Below are positions 48,501 to 58,523 of a stretch of DNA of 64,000 nt, piece after piece; within the stretch, counting starts at the first letter, position 1, and each line of letters opens with the position of its first letter. Position numbers and translations under genes: made by a program. The stretch comes from an uncultured Verrucomicrobiae bacterium (GTDB taxonomy: Bacteria > Verrucomicrobiota > Verrucomicrobiia > Chthoniobacterales > UBA10450), in assembly GCA_963735805.1 (NCBI GenBank), contig CAVTMK010000002.1:1504001-1568000 (forward strand). The letters are read 5' to 3'. The notes beneath the pieces are model-generated. The model did no database searches. It saw only the letters and a program-made list of their open reading frames with translations, and was not told the DNA's origin.

Positions 48501-49535
48501 GTGTTAATGAAAGGTTACCATATCGCTATTGTCGGTGCGACCGGCGCAGCTGGCGCGGAACTATTGCGCGTGCTGGAGCGACGAAATTTTCCCGTGGCAA
48601 GCCTCCGTGCAATCGGTTCCACGCGTTCTGTTGGGAAATCGGTTCGGTTTCACGAAGAACCGATTCCAGTGGAAAAACTTGGCGATCTATCATTCGACAA
48701 GATCGATATCGCGTTCTTCAGCGCAGGCGGCGACGTTTCCCGAAACTACGTTCCGATTGCCTGCCAGTCGGACGCGATCGCGATCGATAAATCGTCGGCT
48801 TTCAGGATGGATCCGAATGTGCCGCTGGTGATTCCGGAGATCAACGCCGAAGACGTCAGACAAAATCGCGGGATAATTGCGAACCCCAATTGCACCACCA
48901 CTGTGATGTTGATGGCGCTTTGTCCCCTTCACCGCGCTTTTGGCGTGCAGCGGGTATTCGCGACAAGTTTTCAAGCCGTCTCTGGTAGCGGTGTGCGCGG
49001 GGTTGAGGAATTGACCCGGCAAATAAAAGGCGCAGCGCGGGATCAAGAGTCACTCCCCGAACCGGGATCAGCAACTCCGGCTGCAGTCTCGACGATCTAT
49101 CCGCATCCAATCGCGTTTAACCTTTTGCCGCATATCGACTCATTTCTTGAAAACGGTTATACGAAGGAAGAAGCTAAAATGCAGGATGAAACGCGAAAAA
49201 TTATGCATTTGCCGGAATTGCCCGTTTCCACCACCTGCGTGCGCGTACCGGTTTACCGCGCTCATTCCGTGGCAGTGAGCGCGGAGTTCCAGCGGCCGGT
49301 GTCAATCGGGGAGGCGCGCGAAGTCCTGGCCAGGGCGCCGGGCTTGGAATTAGTAGACGAACCGCAGAGCAATCGGTATCCCATGCCGCTCAGCGTAGCC
49401 GGAAAGGATAATTGTCAGGTCGGCCGGGTCCGTCTTGATTGTGCATTTGAAAACGGACTCTCGTTCTGGGTATCGGGCGACCAGTTGTTGAAGGGCGCGG
49501 CGTTGAACGCCGTGCAGATCGCGGAGCTTCTGTAA
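48501..49535 (+). CDS. asd: Aspartate-semialdehyde dehydrogenase
   Basis: VGATGAAG, SSAFRM, ANPNCTT, QAVSGSG, CVRVPV..AHS, KGAALNAVQI. Confidence 0.96.
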   Translation: MLMKGYHIAIVGATGAAGAELLRVLERRNFPVASLRAIGSTRSVGKSVRFHEEPIPVEKLGDLSFDKIDIAFFSAGGDVSRNYVPIACQSDAIAIDKSSAFRMDPNVPLVIPEINAEDVRQNRGIIANPNCTTTVMLMALCPLHRAFGVQRVFATSFQAVSGSGVRGVEELTRQIKGAARDQESLPEPGSATPAAVSTIYPHPIAFNLLPHIDSFLENGYTKEEAKMQDETRKIMHLPELPVSTTCVRVPVYRAHSVAVSAEFQRPVSIGEAREVLARAPGLELVDEPQSNRYPMPLSVAGKDNCQVGRVRLDCAFENGLSFWVSGDQLLKGAALNAVQIAELL

Positions 49536-49643
49536 ATTTGTAGGGCGTTTGCCTCGCTCGTCTCCGGCTCGCTCGGACCTTGGCCTGCCCGTCTATGTCG
49601 CTCGGCGCCCCGCCGACTCCATTGTACCAAACGCCATGACTTC

Positions 49644-49915
49644 TGTAGCCACGGCGCTGCGTCGCCGTGCTTTCGCCCGCTCTGAACGCCTCGACACAGC
49701 GAGGCGGCTACAGGGAGACACGCGGGTCATGCGGGTTGTTGTAGCCACAGCGCTGTGTCGCCGTGTCTTGGGGAGAACCCACACGCCCCGAACGCCTCGA
49801 CACAGCGAGGCGGCTACAAGGGGGACACGCGGGTGACGCGGGTTGTTGTAGCCACGGCGCTGTGTCGCCGTGCTTCCGCCAGTCTGAACGCCTCGACACA
49901 AGCGAGGCGGCTACA
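49644..49915. repeat. Tandem array of three GTAG-type REP doublets
   Basis: Units 49644-49712, 49740-49818, 49847-49915: TGTAGCCACGGCGCTGTGTCGCCGTG-var-GAACGCCTCGACACAGCGAGGCGGCTACA. Confidence 0.88.
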
Positions 49916-49933
49916 ACAAAATCCGCGGGCTTA

Positions 49934-51649
49934 CTAAGGCCTCGGCGGTGGCGTCCCCTCTCCTTTTTTCTTTGTGGGTTTCCCCTGCCCCTGCTCAGGC
50001 GCAGCCGGCGCACCGGTTCGTGGCTGCCCGGCAGGTTGACCGTAGGCGCCTTGCGCGTTCTCTCTTCCACCCTGGATCTCGCTGGTCCTTGCGCTGCCAG
50101 GCGGGGCGGTCGGAGGTTTGTTGCCGCCAGGTTGCCCACGCTCTTTGGCGCCTCGCGCTTCGCCGGAGCCCGTGCCTGTAGGAGGCGTACCCGGCTGAGC
50201 CGACCCCGGCTGTCCCCGCACCGCGCCACCCCGACTCTCGCGCACACCTTCGCCGGCTGGAGGTGTTGACCTTCGGGGCTCGGTTCCGAAACCTTTACCG
50301 CGCCCTTGCGCTGGAGTGTTAGCGGGAGGGGCGGGTTGTCTCGGGGCCGGACCGAAACTGCTTTGCGGCTTACCGTGTTGAGGTGGCGGTGGCGGCGGTG
50401 ACGGTCGGAAGGCCGGCGGCGCGGCTTCGCCCGGCACCCCTGCCGGACTGGTTGTTACTCCGGGTCGAGGTCTAACCCCGGGCTCGCCCGTTCTGCCTTT
50501 GCCTCGTTCAAATGGTGTAGGCGAAACCCGTGCTGGTGGTCCTGCTGGTTTTACTCCTGGCGGCGTAGGCCTTGCGCCAGAAGGCGTTCCTCTTGCCCCT
50601 GGAAGCACGCGACCGGGTTTGCCTCCTGGCCCGGGTGAAACAGGCGCCCCGCCAGTGGCAAGAGGCGTTAGACTCGCACCTGCTGCCGGCAGCGGCTTCC
50701 CCCGTGCACGTGTGGCGGTGCCAGTCGGCGGAGCAACGTTCTTGGGATTTTCAGTCTTAATCTTTTGTTTCAGTTGCGCCTCATTAGAAACTCCCGCCCA
50801 CCCGCGGTTGAGCTTCGGTTGCGCAACTTTGGTTTTCACAGTTGGAGGCTTCGCGGTCGGGGGCGCCTTTGCGAGTCTGGCCGGGGCAGCAACAAGTAGT
50901 TTGTTCCCCTGCACCTTGGTAAGCGCCCCGGATTTGGCAGCCGCAGAGAGATTAGTTGCCGATTGTCGTTCAATGTTGAGCCGCTGAATCGGCCGCGCTG
51001 AGTGCGCACTTAGTACCTCGTAATTCGGCCCGTAATTGTAGACCACATTGTTTTGGACGGTGATATTCGTCACGTTCACCGTGTTATTAATATAAGTGAC
51101 GTTCTGCGCTGGCGGGGCGATGTAATTGCGCAACACCGGTTCCCCGATGTAACGGACCTCGCAGAAATTGTAATATTGCGGACCGATATCGAACTCGATG
51201 TCCACCTGCGGACCAATCGGGCGTCCCTCATAAACGATTCCCGGACCCCGCGGAGGCAATGGTGCCCAGCCGACATAATCACCGCCAGTCCGCCAGGAGA
51301 CCCACGCCGGTCCCCAGTCGAGATCATCTCCTGGAAACCAAATCCATCCGTAGTCTGAGAGGTTCGCCCAGCGACCGTAGTGATAAGTGGCCCAGCCGAA
51401 ATCCTCGTACGAGATCCATGTCCAACCGTCGTCCGTGTAAGCCCAGTAACCGTCGGCGTACGGGCGCCAATTGGAATCATTTACAGCCAGGTCCGGTTGC
51501 CAGCCGTATCCGTAGCCTTCAACGTCAATCCAATTTCCGCCTGACAGATTATCGTAAAAGTAATCAACCGATACATCGGCTCCCCTCGCGGGCTGAAGAG
51601 CAGACGCACCAAAAGCAGCCATCGCTAATGCAATCAGAAATTTTTTCAT
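49934..51649 (-). CDS. DUF6600-like exported protein with long Pro/Gly-rich tail
   Basis: Signal peptide; WRPY..G.W, FGWATYHYGRW, WGPAWVSW, VGWAPLPP. Confidence 0.8.
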   Translation of the reverse strand: MKKFLIALAMAAFGASALQPARGADVSVDYFYDNLSGGNWIDVEGYGYGWQPDLAVNDSNWRPYADGYWAYTDDGWTWISYEDFGWATYHYGRWANLSDYGWIWFPGDDLDWGPAWVSWRTGGDYVGWAPLPPRGPGIVYEGRPIGPQVDIEFDIGPQYYNFCEVRYIGEPVLRNYIAPPAQNVTYINNTVNVTNITVQNNVVYNYGPNYEVLSAHSARPIQRLNIERQSATNLSAAAKSGALTKVQGNKLLVAAPARLAKAPPTAKPPTVKTKVAQPKLNRGWAGVSNEAQLKQKIKTENPKNVAPPTGTATRARGKPLPAAGASLTPLATGGAPVSPGPGGKPGRVLPGARGTPSGARPTPPGVKPAGPPARVSPTPFERGKGRTGEPGVRPRPGVTTSPAGVPGEAAPPAFRPSPPPPPPQHGKPQSSFGPAPRQPAPPANTPAQGRGKGFGTEPRRSTPPAGEGVRESRGGAVRGQPGSAQPGTPPTGTGSGEARGAKERGQPGGNKPPTAPPGSARTSEIQGGRENAQGAYGQPAGQPRTGAPAAPEQGQGKPTKKKGEGTPPPRP

Positions 51650-51931
51650 AGATTTTCAGAAATCGTTATGAGGCGTTCGACTGAACTGCCTCGGGCTTTA
51701 TTCACCATATGATTCGAAAAGCGTACTCTAGTCGCGCGTGGGAGCGAGCGCAGATGAGATTTCCTTCGTCGTTCGGCATGCTTGCGTGCGAATCACGAAA
51801 CTAGAAGCGCGAGTCAATTTCGAAAATCAAATGACGACGGTTCGAGGCAGCGATTTGAATGCGCGAGACAGAGTTCTGGTCGCACTGTTCCTCTGCGGCT
51901 CGCCTAAGCACCTAAGAAGCTCACCGTTGGT

Positions 51932-52282
51932 ATGCACATTTTCCGAGAACTTCTCAGCGCGATTGACGGAGTAAAAGATAAGGGAGTATCAAAAATGCTA
52001 ACAAACCTAAAGGGTCGCGGAAACAAAATTAGATGCATCTTCTTAGTTGGAATTCTTTGCGGAGTGATCGTGGCAGCCGCGCTAACATTCGCAGTAGCGA
52101 TTCCGGCAACTAATACCCGTTGGCAGATTGAAATAGTAAAACGCGGGGGCGGTGCCTGGTTTTTCGATAAGAACGGCCACCTCGGGTGGATGTGGACTGT
52201 CGAACCGACGGCAAGTGTTGGTCAACGAAAGCGAATTGTCGTACCGCCACACCACTCAAATGCTCCCATCCAGCGATTGTAG
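51932..52282 (+). CDS. Hypothetical single-pass membrane protein
   Basis: One hydrophobic segment; start uncertain (ATG at 51995 possible). Confidence 0.45.
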   Translation: MHIFRELLSAIDGVKDKGVSKMLTNLKGRGNKIRCIFLVGILCGVIVAAALTFAVAIPATNTRWQIEIVKRGGGAWFFDKNGHLGWMWTVEPTASVGQRKRIVVPPHHSNAPIQRL

Positions 52283-52438
52283 ATCAGCTGGAGTTCCATT
52301 CGAGAGACGATTGACGGCAACGCGGAAAAGTCAGTCCACGTCTTTTGCGACATTTTCGCAGATATCGTCGAAGCGGAAACGCTTCAAAAGATCTTTTATC
52401 TTTTGTTAAGGAAGTAGCTGTCTGAACGCAGCAGAAAT

Positions 52439-52474
52439 AAAACGCCCTGTCGGAATCTCCAGGCAGGGCGTTTT
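52439..52474. terminator. Bidirectional terminator
   Basis: AAAACGCCCTG...CAGGGCGTTTT between convergent genes. Confidence 0.8.
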
Positions 52475-52502
52475 AAAGCTAATTAACGCAATCCTTGTCG
52501 AG

Positions 52503-53276
52503 TTACTGTGGCGGCAGTCTAAGGTTCGCCGTGGCCAACCACGGATCAGCGGGGGTACCGGAAGCATTAGAAGTAACGTTGTAAGTATGTCCAGGGCGCT
52601 TTACAAAACTTGTTGTCGGCAGAGTCTGGTCATCGACAGTCATAACGCGTCCGCTGCCGTCAACAAAGATAATGATAGCCTTTTTCCCTTTCCAGACGCC
52701 ACCTTTGGCAGACTGCACGTTTGTGTAAGTCACGTCGCCTTCAGCGGCGGCCGTACCTGCGTCGGCGATCAATGGAAACTGCGGGTTCGCTGTGTCGTTC
52801 AGCGCGGTTATGTATTCATATCCGCACTCCCCCTGTTTAAGCGTATCGGTCCGCCCAGCGGCGCCCGCTGCGTCTATTTTGTTATCCGGCGGATTGGGAC
52901 ACCAAGCTGAACCTGGTACAGAAAAAACATCCTCGCTGGTGAGGTAATTCGGAAAGAGCCACCACAACGCATCATTAGAAAAGTTGCCGCCAGCAAGATC
53001 CGTCGCAGTTGCGTAATCCGCAGCAGGCTGCTTGTTTGGAAATACGCCGTCGTGGTCAGTAGCGAACTGTTTCAAGGCCAGGGCGATTTGTTTGCCGTTG
53101 GACATGTCCTTGGTTTGCTTGCCACGCTCCTGCACAAGGCTAAACGCAGGAAGCGCGATGCTGGCCAGAATGGCGATAATCGCAATAACGACCAGAAGTT
53201 CAATCAACGTAAAAGCACTGATGCGCTGACGTTGCTTTAGGAGGGAATGTTTTGAGGAGGTTTTATTTAGTTTCAT
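52503..53276 (-). CDS. Type IV pilin-like protein (prepilin N-methylation domain)
   Basis: Basic leader then A|FTLIELLVVIAIIAILASIALP; C-terminal FVDGS. Confidence 0.9.
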   Translation of the reverse strand: MKLNKTSSKHSLLKQRQRISAFTLIELLVVIAIIAILASIALPAFSLVQERGKQTKDMSNGKQIALALKQFATDHDGVFPNKQPAADYATATDLAGGNFSNDALWWLFPNYLTSEDVFSVPGSAWCPNPPDNKIDAAGAAGRTDTLKQGECGYEYITALNDTANPQFPLIADAGTAAAEGDVTYTNVQSAKGGVWKGKKAIIIFVDGSGRVMTVDDQTLPTTSFVKRPGHTYNVTSNASGTPADPWLATANLRLPPQ

Positions 53277-53448
53277 AGGTTTTGGTTGAGAGTGGCGCGG
53301 GTTATCTCATTGTTCACAGATTAAGTCAATACTATTTTTTTTGAGCTTTTCTTGGCTGCCGGTTACAGCTATCATTCACGAACGCCATCGGCGTTAACAA
53401 TCAGCTATAAACTATCAACCCCGAACGCTTTGGAGATCAACTGCTTCC

Positions 53449-56403
53449 CTATTTTTTATACGCGGGCGCTTCGGGCAAGGCGGGGGGCAGCAAGCCCTCT
53501 TCTTCCTCTTCCTCATTGTTGAATGCAAGGCCAGAAGGGGTGATCACACGCGCGGTGACGAATATGACTAGATTTCGTTTGATGTGCTGCTCAGCATTCG
53601 TCCGAAAGAGCCGGCCAATCAACGGAATGTCGCCAACGATCGGCGTTTTATCTTCTGTCTTTTGCACGTCTTCGCGCATTAACCCGCCGAGTACAACTGT
53701 TTGGCCATCGTAGACGCTGACGCTTGTCGTCACTTTGCGTGTGCTGAACACAGGCTGGTTAATCACATTCTCGGTAAGCAGAACGGGAACAGACGTCGAT
53801 ATGACGCCGCCGACAGTGTTAACGCCCACCGCATTAATTGGGCTCCCGTAATTAATGAACCCTTCGAATTCGACGACCTGCGGCACCAGGTTCAGATCGA
53901 TGGTCGTCGCGTCGCCTCCCACTACCGGCTCAACCTCCAACGTTACCCCTGTGTTTCGCGTCTCCCAGTTCTGAGGCGTCGTCGGCGTCACAACAACGGG
54001 AACAGTTGTCGCTCCTCCGACAACGGTGTTTCCAGTGCTGCTACTGATCGACGGAACCTGTGGCGGAGTAAACGTACTTGGATAACGAAATTCTCTTACT
54101 ACTTCGATGATGGCGCGCTGGCCACTCTTTGTTGTCACTCTGGGTGCCGAAAGAAGATCAATGCCTTTCTTTTGGTTTAGCGCGCGAATGACGACCTGAA
54201 ATTGCGGGTCGGTGAAAACGCCGGCCAATCCAAAAATTCCCGGTGCCACGCCACTCGCGCCTGGAAATAGCAGGGCATCGAGGGCGTTCGCGCCGATCGC
54301 CAGGCCACCACTGCGGTTTCCACCGGTTACAGGAAATTGACCAATTGGCTGCCCGGGCAGGGTATCACCAACCGGCTGGGTAGTGGTGTTAACGAATGGA
54401 AAATTACCGGGAGCAGCTGCCGGCGAGTTTACCGAAGTGCCGCCAGCTCCGAAGACTTTATGATTGCCGATGTTGAATGGCCCGAGCAGCCAGTCGAATC
54501 CGAGTTCCTTGAGATTATTTTGGGTAATCTCAATGAACTTCGACTCAATTTCGACCTGTTTAGGCTGCGACGCGTTAGCCTGATCAACCAAGGCATCGAC
54601 CATGTCCAAATTGTCTTGCGTGTTCCGAACAATCAGGATGCCACTGTGCGGCCAGAAGGTTGCGCTCGCTTCGTCTTTGCGGCCATCTGCTAAGGTTACC
54701 TCAGGAAACTGTACTCCCATACTTTGCAACATCGTTCTAGCGTCAGCGCGACCGACGAGCTGACGGTCATTGAGTAAGTGCTGTCGCGTGCTGGTGGTCC
54801 CTTGAGCGGAAAATATGTTGGCCGCACCACCAGCACCGACTCCAGAGGTGGTCTGATAACTTGCTTGCTGTTTCTCGATTACGTTCTCGGCGACCGGTGC
54901 AGGCTGTGCCGCCTGACCCTGAGCTGAGCCTTGACCTCCACCCAGCTGGCTGCCTTCAAGATAGTACCCGACGTCAAGTGGACCCCCGAAGAATTCCGGT
55001 GGGACGTGATACCGTTTAACGAGAAGATCACTGCTCTGTTCGGTTTTGGGGACGAGAGCCACGGCATAGGATTCAACTTTCAGTTTCAACCCAGCCTGAT
55101 TTGCGATGTAACGGAGTGCTTCTCCGAGCGGGATTTGATTTAGCTCAATATTTATGTTTCCCCGCTCCGGTGGAGGCGCCGCAGGTTGAGCGGCTGGTTG
55201 ACCAGCGCCGGCTGGAGCCGTGCCAGTTTGGGGCGCACCGCTTGCCGAGGCGCCAGTTGCTGGAGCGTTGGATGCTGCTGTCCCGGGATTAGCGGTGGTC
55301 GCCGGTGCCTGAGGAGCACCGGCGGGTGGCGTGATCACTCGCTGGACCGCGACCGAAGCAGGTAACACGATATTGACGCCTCTCTTACCTTCCACGGAAG
55401 GGTCATTCTCGACTGCCTGTTCCCGCAAAAAATCGATTGCCTCGCGGAGACTGGCATCGCGAAATTCGATGCGCGGAATAATGATTGTGTTCAGCTTATT
55501 GGTTATCTGCGCCGTGCCCCCTAAAGTTCTTTGTGCGCCAACGGCGGCTGGCTCGCCCGTTTGTCCATATCTGTGGACTGGCTGTTCCCAGGCCTTCTCC
55601 ACCTGCCAAAGCTGACGCGATCGTGTCTCGTTGTAGGCTTCTACGCCGTATTTGTATTTGGTATTATTTACCTTCTCCTGGCCGCGCCGGGCTGCAGTGT
55701 TGTAGGGATCAAGAGCAAGCACCTGGTCGTATCGTTTCATTGCAAGGTCGTACCGGCCGGATTGGTAAAAGCCGTCGGCTTCTGTGAGCAGTTGTTTTAC
55801 TTGCTCGACCTTTTCGATAAAGGTCGGGCTCGTTGTCTTGTTGAAGTAGCCGGGTTGCCTCAGATGCGAGTAAAGTTCCTGCGCTGAACGACACTTGGGA
55901 TCGTAGCGGTCGCTTAGAATTTCACTCAGGATTGCCTCAGCATCGGCATATCTTCCTTCTGCGATGCGGGCTTCGGCCAGGATGACGCCGCTTTTGCAAA
56001 AGCCTTCGACAGCTTCGTCGTGTGCTTTTCCGGACACGACTGCGTCAGGCAGAGACATGACTGCGGTTCTGAATTCTTCGTGAGCGGCACCATAGTCCTT
56101 CGCTTTCATTGCAGCCTGGCCTCGCGCCAGGGCTGCTTCGCCCTGCGGTATCGTCATCTGACGTCGTTGCACTTCGCGTTCCGCAACACTGTCCGCCGTT
56201 TGGGCAAAGCTCGACACACAAATCAACGAAAGGCCGGTCACGATGAAACAGAAGATAACAAAGGGAGCGAAGTCTCGAACTAATGGAGGAGCCAGCTCCC
56301 GCGAGCGTGCCTTCGTTAGCTTCGTTTCCTTCTGTTTATTACCTAACGGATTGCAGCCGGTGCGGCTGCCTCTATAGCGGGCAGATTGCGGGGTAGTTTT
56401 CAT
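53449..56403 (-). CDS. Secretin with TPRs (Amuc_1098/PilQ-like)
   Basis: QVEIESKFIE, LLSAPRVTT.SG, G.TVVLGGL, P.VGDIPLIGRLF. Confidence 0.9.
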   Translation of the reverse strand: MKTTPQSARYRGSRTGCNPLGNKQKETKLTKARSRELAPPLVRDFAPFVIFCFIVTGLSLICVSSFAQTADSVAEREVQRRQMTIPQGEAALARGQAAMKAKDYGAAHEEFRTAVMSLPDAVVSGKAHDEAVEGFCKSGVILAEARIAEGRYADAEAILSEILSDRYDPKCRSAQELYSHLRQPGYFNKTTSPTFIEKVEQVKQLLTEADGFYQSGRYDLAMKRYDQVLALDPYNTAARRGQEKVNNTKYKYGVEAYNETRSRQLWQVEKAWEQPVHRYGQTGEPAAVGAQRTLGGTAQITNKLNTIIIPRIEFRDASLREAIDFLREQAVENDPSVEGKRGVNIVLPASVAVQRVITPPAGAPQAPATTANPGTAASNAPATGASASGAPQTGTAPAGAGQPAAQPAAPPPERGNINIELNQIPLGEALRYIANQAGLKLKVESYAVALVPKTEQSSDLLVKRYHVPPEFFGGPLDVGYYLEGSQLGGGQGSAQGQAAQPAPVAENVIEKQQASYQTTSGVGAGGAANIFSAQGTTSTRQHLLNDRQLVGRADARTMLQSMGVQFPEVTLADGRKDEASATFWPHSGILIVRNTQDNLDMVDALVDQANASQPKQVEIESKFIEITQNNLKELGFDWLLGPFNIGNHKVFGAGGTSVNSPAAAPGNFPFVNTTTQPVGDTLPGQPIGQFPVTGGNRSGGLAIGANALDALLFPGASGVAPGIFGLAGVFTDPQFQVVIRALNQKKGIDLLSAPRVTTKSGQRAIIEVVREFRYPSTFTPPQVPSISSSTGNTVVGGATTVPVVVTPTTPQNWETRNTGVTLEVEPVVGGDATTIDLNLVPQVVEFEGFINYGSPINAVGVNTVGGVISTSVPVLLTENVINQPVFSTRKVTTSVSVYDGQTVVLGGLMREDVQKTEDKTPIVGDIPLIGRLFRTNAEQHIKRNLVIFVTARVITPSGLAFNNEEEEEEGLLPPALPEAPAYKK

Positions 56404-56440
56404 AGGAGGAGTTACGGAGAGTGAGGATTTTCATGAGTAG

Positions 56441-57391
56441 TTAAGGCGGAACAAAACCGATCTCGATCCGCGCGTTTGGCTTTTGCGTATTCACGATTAC
56501 GGCTTTGTTTGGCTGCACATCCACGAGCTTGTAATTGATCTCTTCTACGGGTTTCAAGGAAAATTCTTGATCTTTTCTTACCTCGAACTCGCGGCGCCCG
56601 CCCCAGGCATAGACAAAAGTAGCCACCGACTGTGGCGAGGTGGCCACCTTTTCTTTCACCAAAGTGACCTGTACGTGGGTATCCTTGTGTTCGAGCAGCA
56701 ATTCGGAAACATCGACGTTGGTGCCGTACTGATTGCGCGCGTGTTTCTCAGTGAACTTTACGATTTTGAAATCTGTTCCACGGATGGTGTCTCCTATTTT
56801 TAGGAATTGCGTCGGCTCGCTCTCGTCGATTGTGTTGAGCGCAAAAGTTCCGTGGACCCACGATTCGAAGATAAATCGAAACGGCTCTTCAGCGGCGGAC
56901 ACCAGATGTAATTTTGTAAGATAATCCGGATGCGAATCCTTACTTGTTGGATCGGTGCCTCCCTGCCATTCATCCAGATTCGTGAATCCGTCGCTATCAG
57001 GGTCCTGCTCGAGTGCGTCGGCATCCTGGATCGATAAGCCAAATTTTTCGAACCAATCGTTCGGGACAGGCGGATGCACTTGCGTGTTTTTCAGGGTTGC
57101 AGGCAGTCCGTTTGCGCCAATGAAATGTTTTTCCGGAACAAAAAGCCCGGAGCGTGTACTGGATTTCCACTGTGAAGGATGTTCAAGACGCTCCGCGGCG
57201 CGATCGAGCTCCGTTGATACAGGCGGCGGTGATGCGTTCTTCGGCGGCGGCCCGGGTTGCGACACCAAACGATTCCGAAACTCGATGGCGTTCCACCAGA
57301 TGGAGATGGAAGAGATGAAAAGAAAAATCCCAGCGGCAATCAGCGCAACCCGATCGTAATGCGCTTTAATCCAAGCCAAGGTTTTCGCCAT
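56441..57391 (-). CDS. Amuc_1099-like pilus system protein
   Basis: N-terminal TM, DPDSDGFTNLDEW...TDP Ca-binding-like motif, cluster position. Confidence 0.75.
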   Translation of the reverse strand: MAKTLAWIKAHYDRVALIAAGIFLFISSISIWWNAIEFRNRLVSQPGPPPKNASPPPVSTELDRAAERLEHPSQWKSSTRSGLFVPEKHFIGANGLPATLKNTQVHPPVPNDWFEKFGLSIQDADALEQDPDSDGFTNLDEWQGGTDPTSKDSHPDYLTKLHLVSAAEEPFRFIFESWVHGTFALNTIDESEPTQFLKIGDTIRGTDFKIVKFTEKHARNQYGTNVDVSELLLEHKDTHVQVTLVKEKVATSPQSVATFVYAWGGRREFEVRKDQEFSLKPVEEINYKLVDVQPNKAVIVNTQKPNARIEIGFVPP

Positions 57392-57559
57392 GCCTAGTCA
57401 CCAGGGCGAGCATTTAATCATCCGCGTCCGCAAATACCAGATCTAAATTTTCGCGGCCGGCGCAGGAACAAAACGAGCAACCACGGATTACACAGATAAA
57501 ATTCAGGCACGAAAATCAGGTTTCTTGTGTTCAGACCGCCATGCGGACGCAACACGCGT

Positions 57560-58474
57560 TTAAAAACCAAATCTCAGCATTTCGATCGTGGCTGAGACTT
57601 CGACGTGCTCGTTGCCCACTATGAAATTTAATGGCGCGCCGCTGCCCGGCTGCGCGGAAGCCATCTGCTGGGTTTGAGTCGGAGTTGGTGTTTCGTTTGT
57701 TTGGCGTGGAGGGCCTTTATCTTTTTCATTGTGCACGTACAGCGTGCGGATGATGAAAACTTGCCCGCTTGAATTCGCGATTTCGTTCAAGACTTTGCGC
57801 GCTGCACCGGGCGTGGCCTTGAAGCTTAGATCGACAACGTTTCGTTGAATTAATGCTGGCGATGGCGAGCTTGTTTTGGTCGCTGCAACCGTCCGACCAG
57901 CCGCTGGCGATGGCGTCGGAGTCGGTGAAGCGCCACGCTCTTCAGGCAAGGGCGCGCGGCGCAAAGAAGTTAGGCTATCCACCTTTGCGTCCAGCAGAAT
58001 ATTTATCAGCATCTGAATTTGGGAAAGCTCCTGCCCAAGGAGCGGCGCCACGGGTGTGTCTGGCAATGCCGTGGCAAACTCATCAAAGCCGAGCTGAAAT
58101 TTGTCTGGAAGCCTTACATTGTTACTCTGCGCTCTGTTGAGTGTGGCAACTGTCGCCTGGCGCAGACGCGATTGAAAGTCGTTAGGTGCGAGCGGCGGTG
58201 CCGGCACGACCTCCTTTTTTACTTGTTCCTTGAATCTCTCCAGCGCGGTGCCGTATCGATCGAGGTAACCCTGCAGTTTCCGGTAATTAGTCTCATTGGG
58301 AAAGGGATCCAGGTGTTCAAAGCGACTTCTCTCTGCAGCCGCCTGATCGTAAGTTTGCCTTGCATCGCGCCATGTCGCCCATCTCCAATAAAGAACGATA
58401 CCGGCAAATAACACACAGATTCCAAACACGATCAGAAGTGTGCCGAGCGCTCGATTTTGCCGAAGCCAGTTCAT
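57560..58474 (-). CDS. Amuc_1100-like pilus system protein (PilO position)
   Basis: MNW..NR, TM, coiled coil, FQLGFDEF, FIVGNE.V; between PilM and Amuc_1099-like genes. Confidence 0.75.
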   Translation of the reverse strand: MNWLRQNRALGTLLIVFGICVLFAGIVLYWRWATWRDARQTYDQAAAERSRFEHLDPFPNETNYRKLQGYLDRYGTALERFKEQVKKEVVPAPPLAPNDFQSRLRQATVATLNRAQSNNVRLPDKFQLGFDEFATALPDTPVAPLLGQELSQIQMLINILLDAKVDSLTSLRRAPLPEERGASPTPTPSPAAGRTVAATKTSSPSPALIQRNVVDLSFKATPGAARKVLNEIANSSGQVFIIRTLYVHNEKDKGPPRQTNETPTPTQTQQMASAQPGSGAPLNFIVGNEHVEVSATIEMLRFGF

Positions 58475-58481
58475 GATATGC

Positions 58482-58511
58482 AGAGATGTCTCGACTCAGC
58501 TCGACATGACA
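58482..58511. repeat. Short intergenic palindrome of GAGATGTCTCGAC..GCTCGACATGAC type
   Basis: AGAGATGTCTCGACTCAGCTCGACATGACA; single copy in window. Confidence 0.45.
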
Positions 58512-58523
58512 AAGACCACCAGT

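Noticed and set aside
49644..49915. CRISPR array
   Set aside because: Units are ~70-80-bp double hairpins with near-identical linkers, a solo copy exists elsewhere, and no cas genes are present; fits REP doublets
49549..50269. Several ORFs over the REP array
   Set aside because: Translations of GC-rich repeats or alternative frames of the DUF6600-like gene
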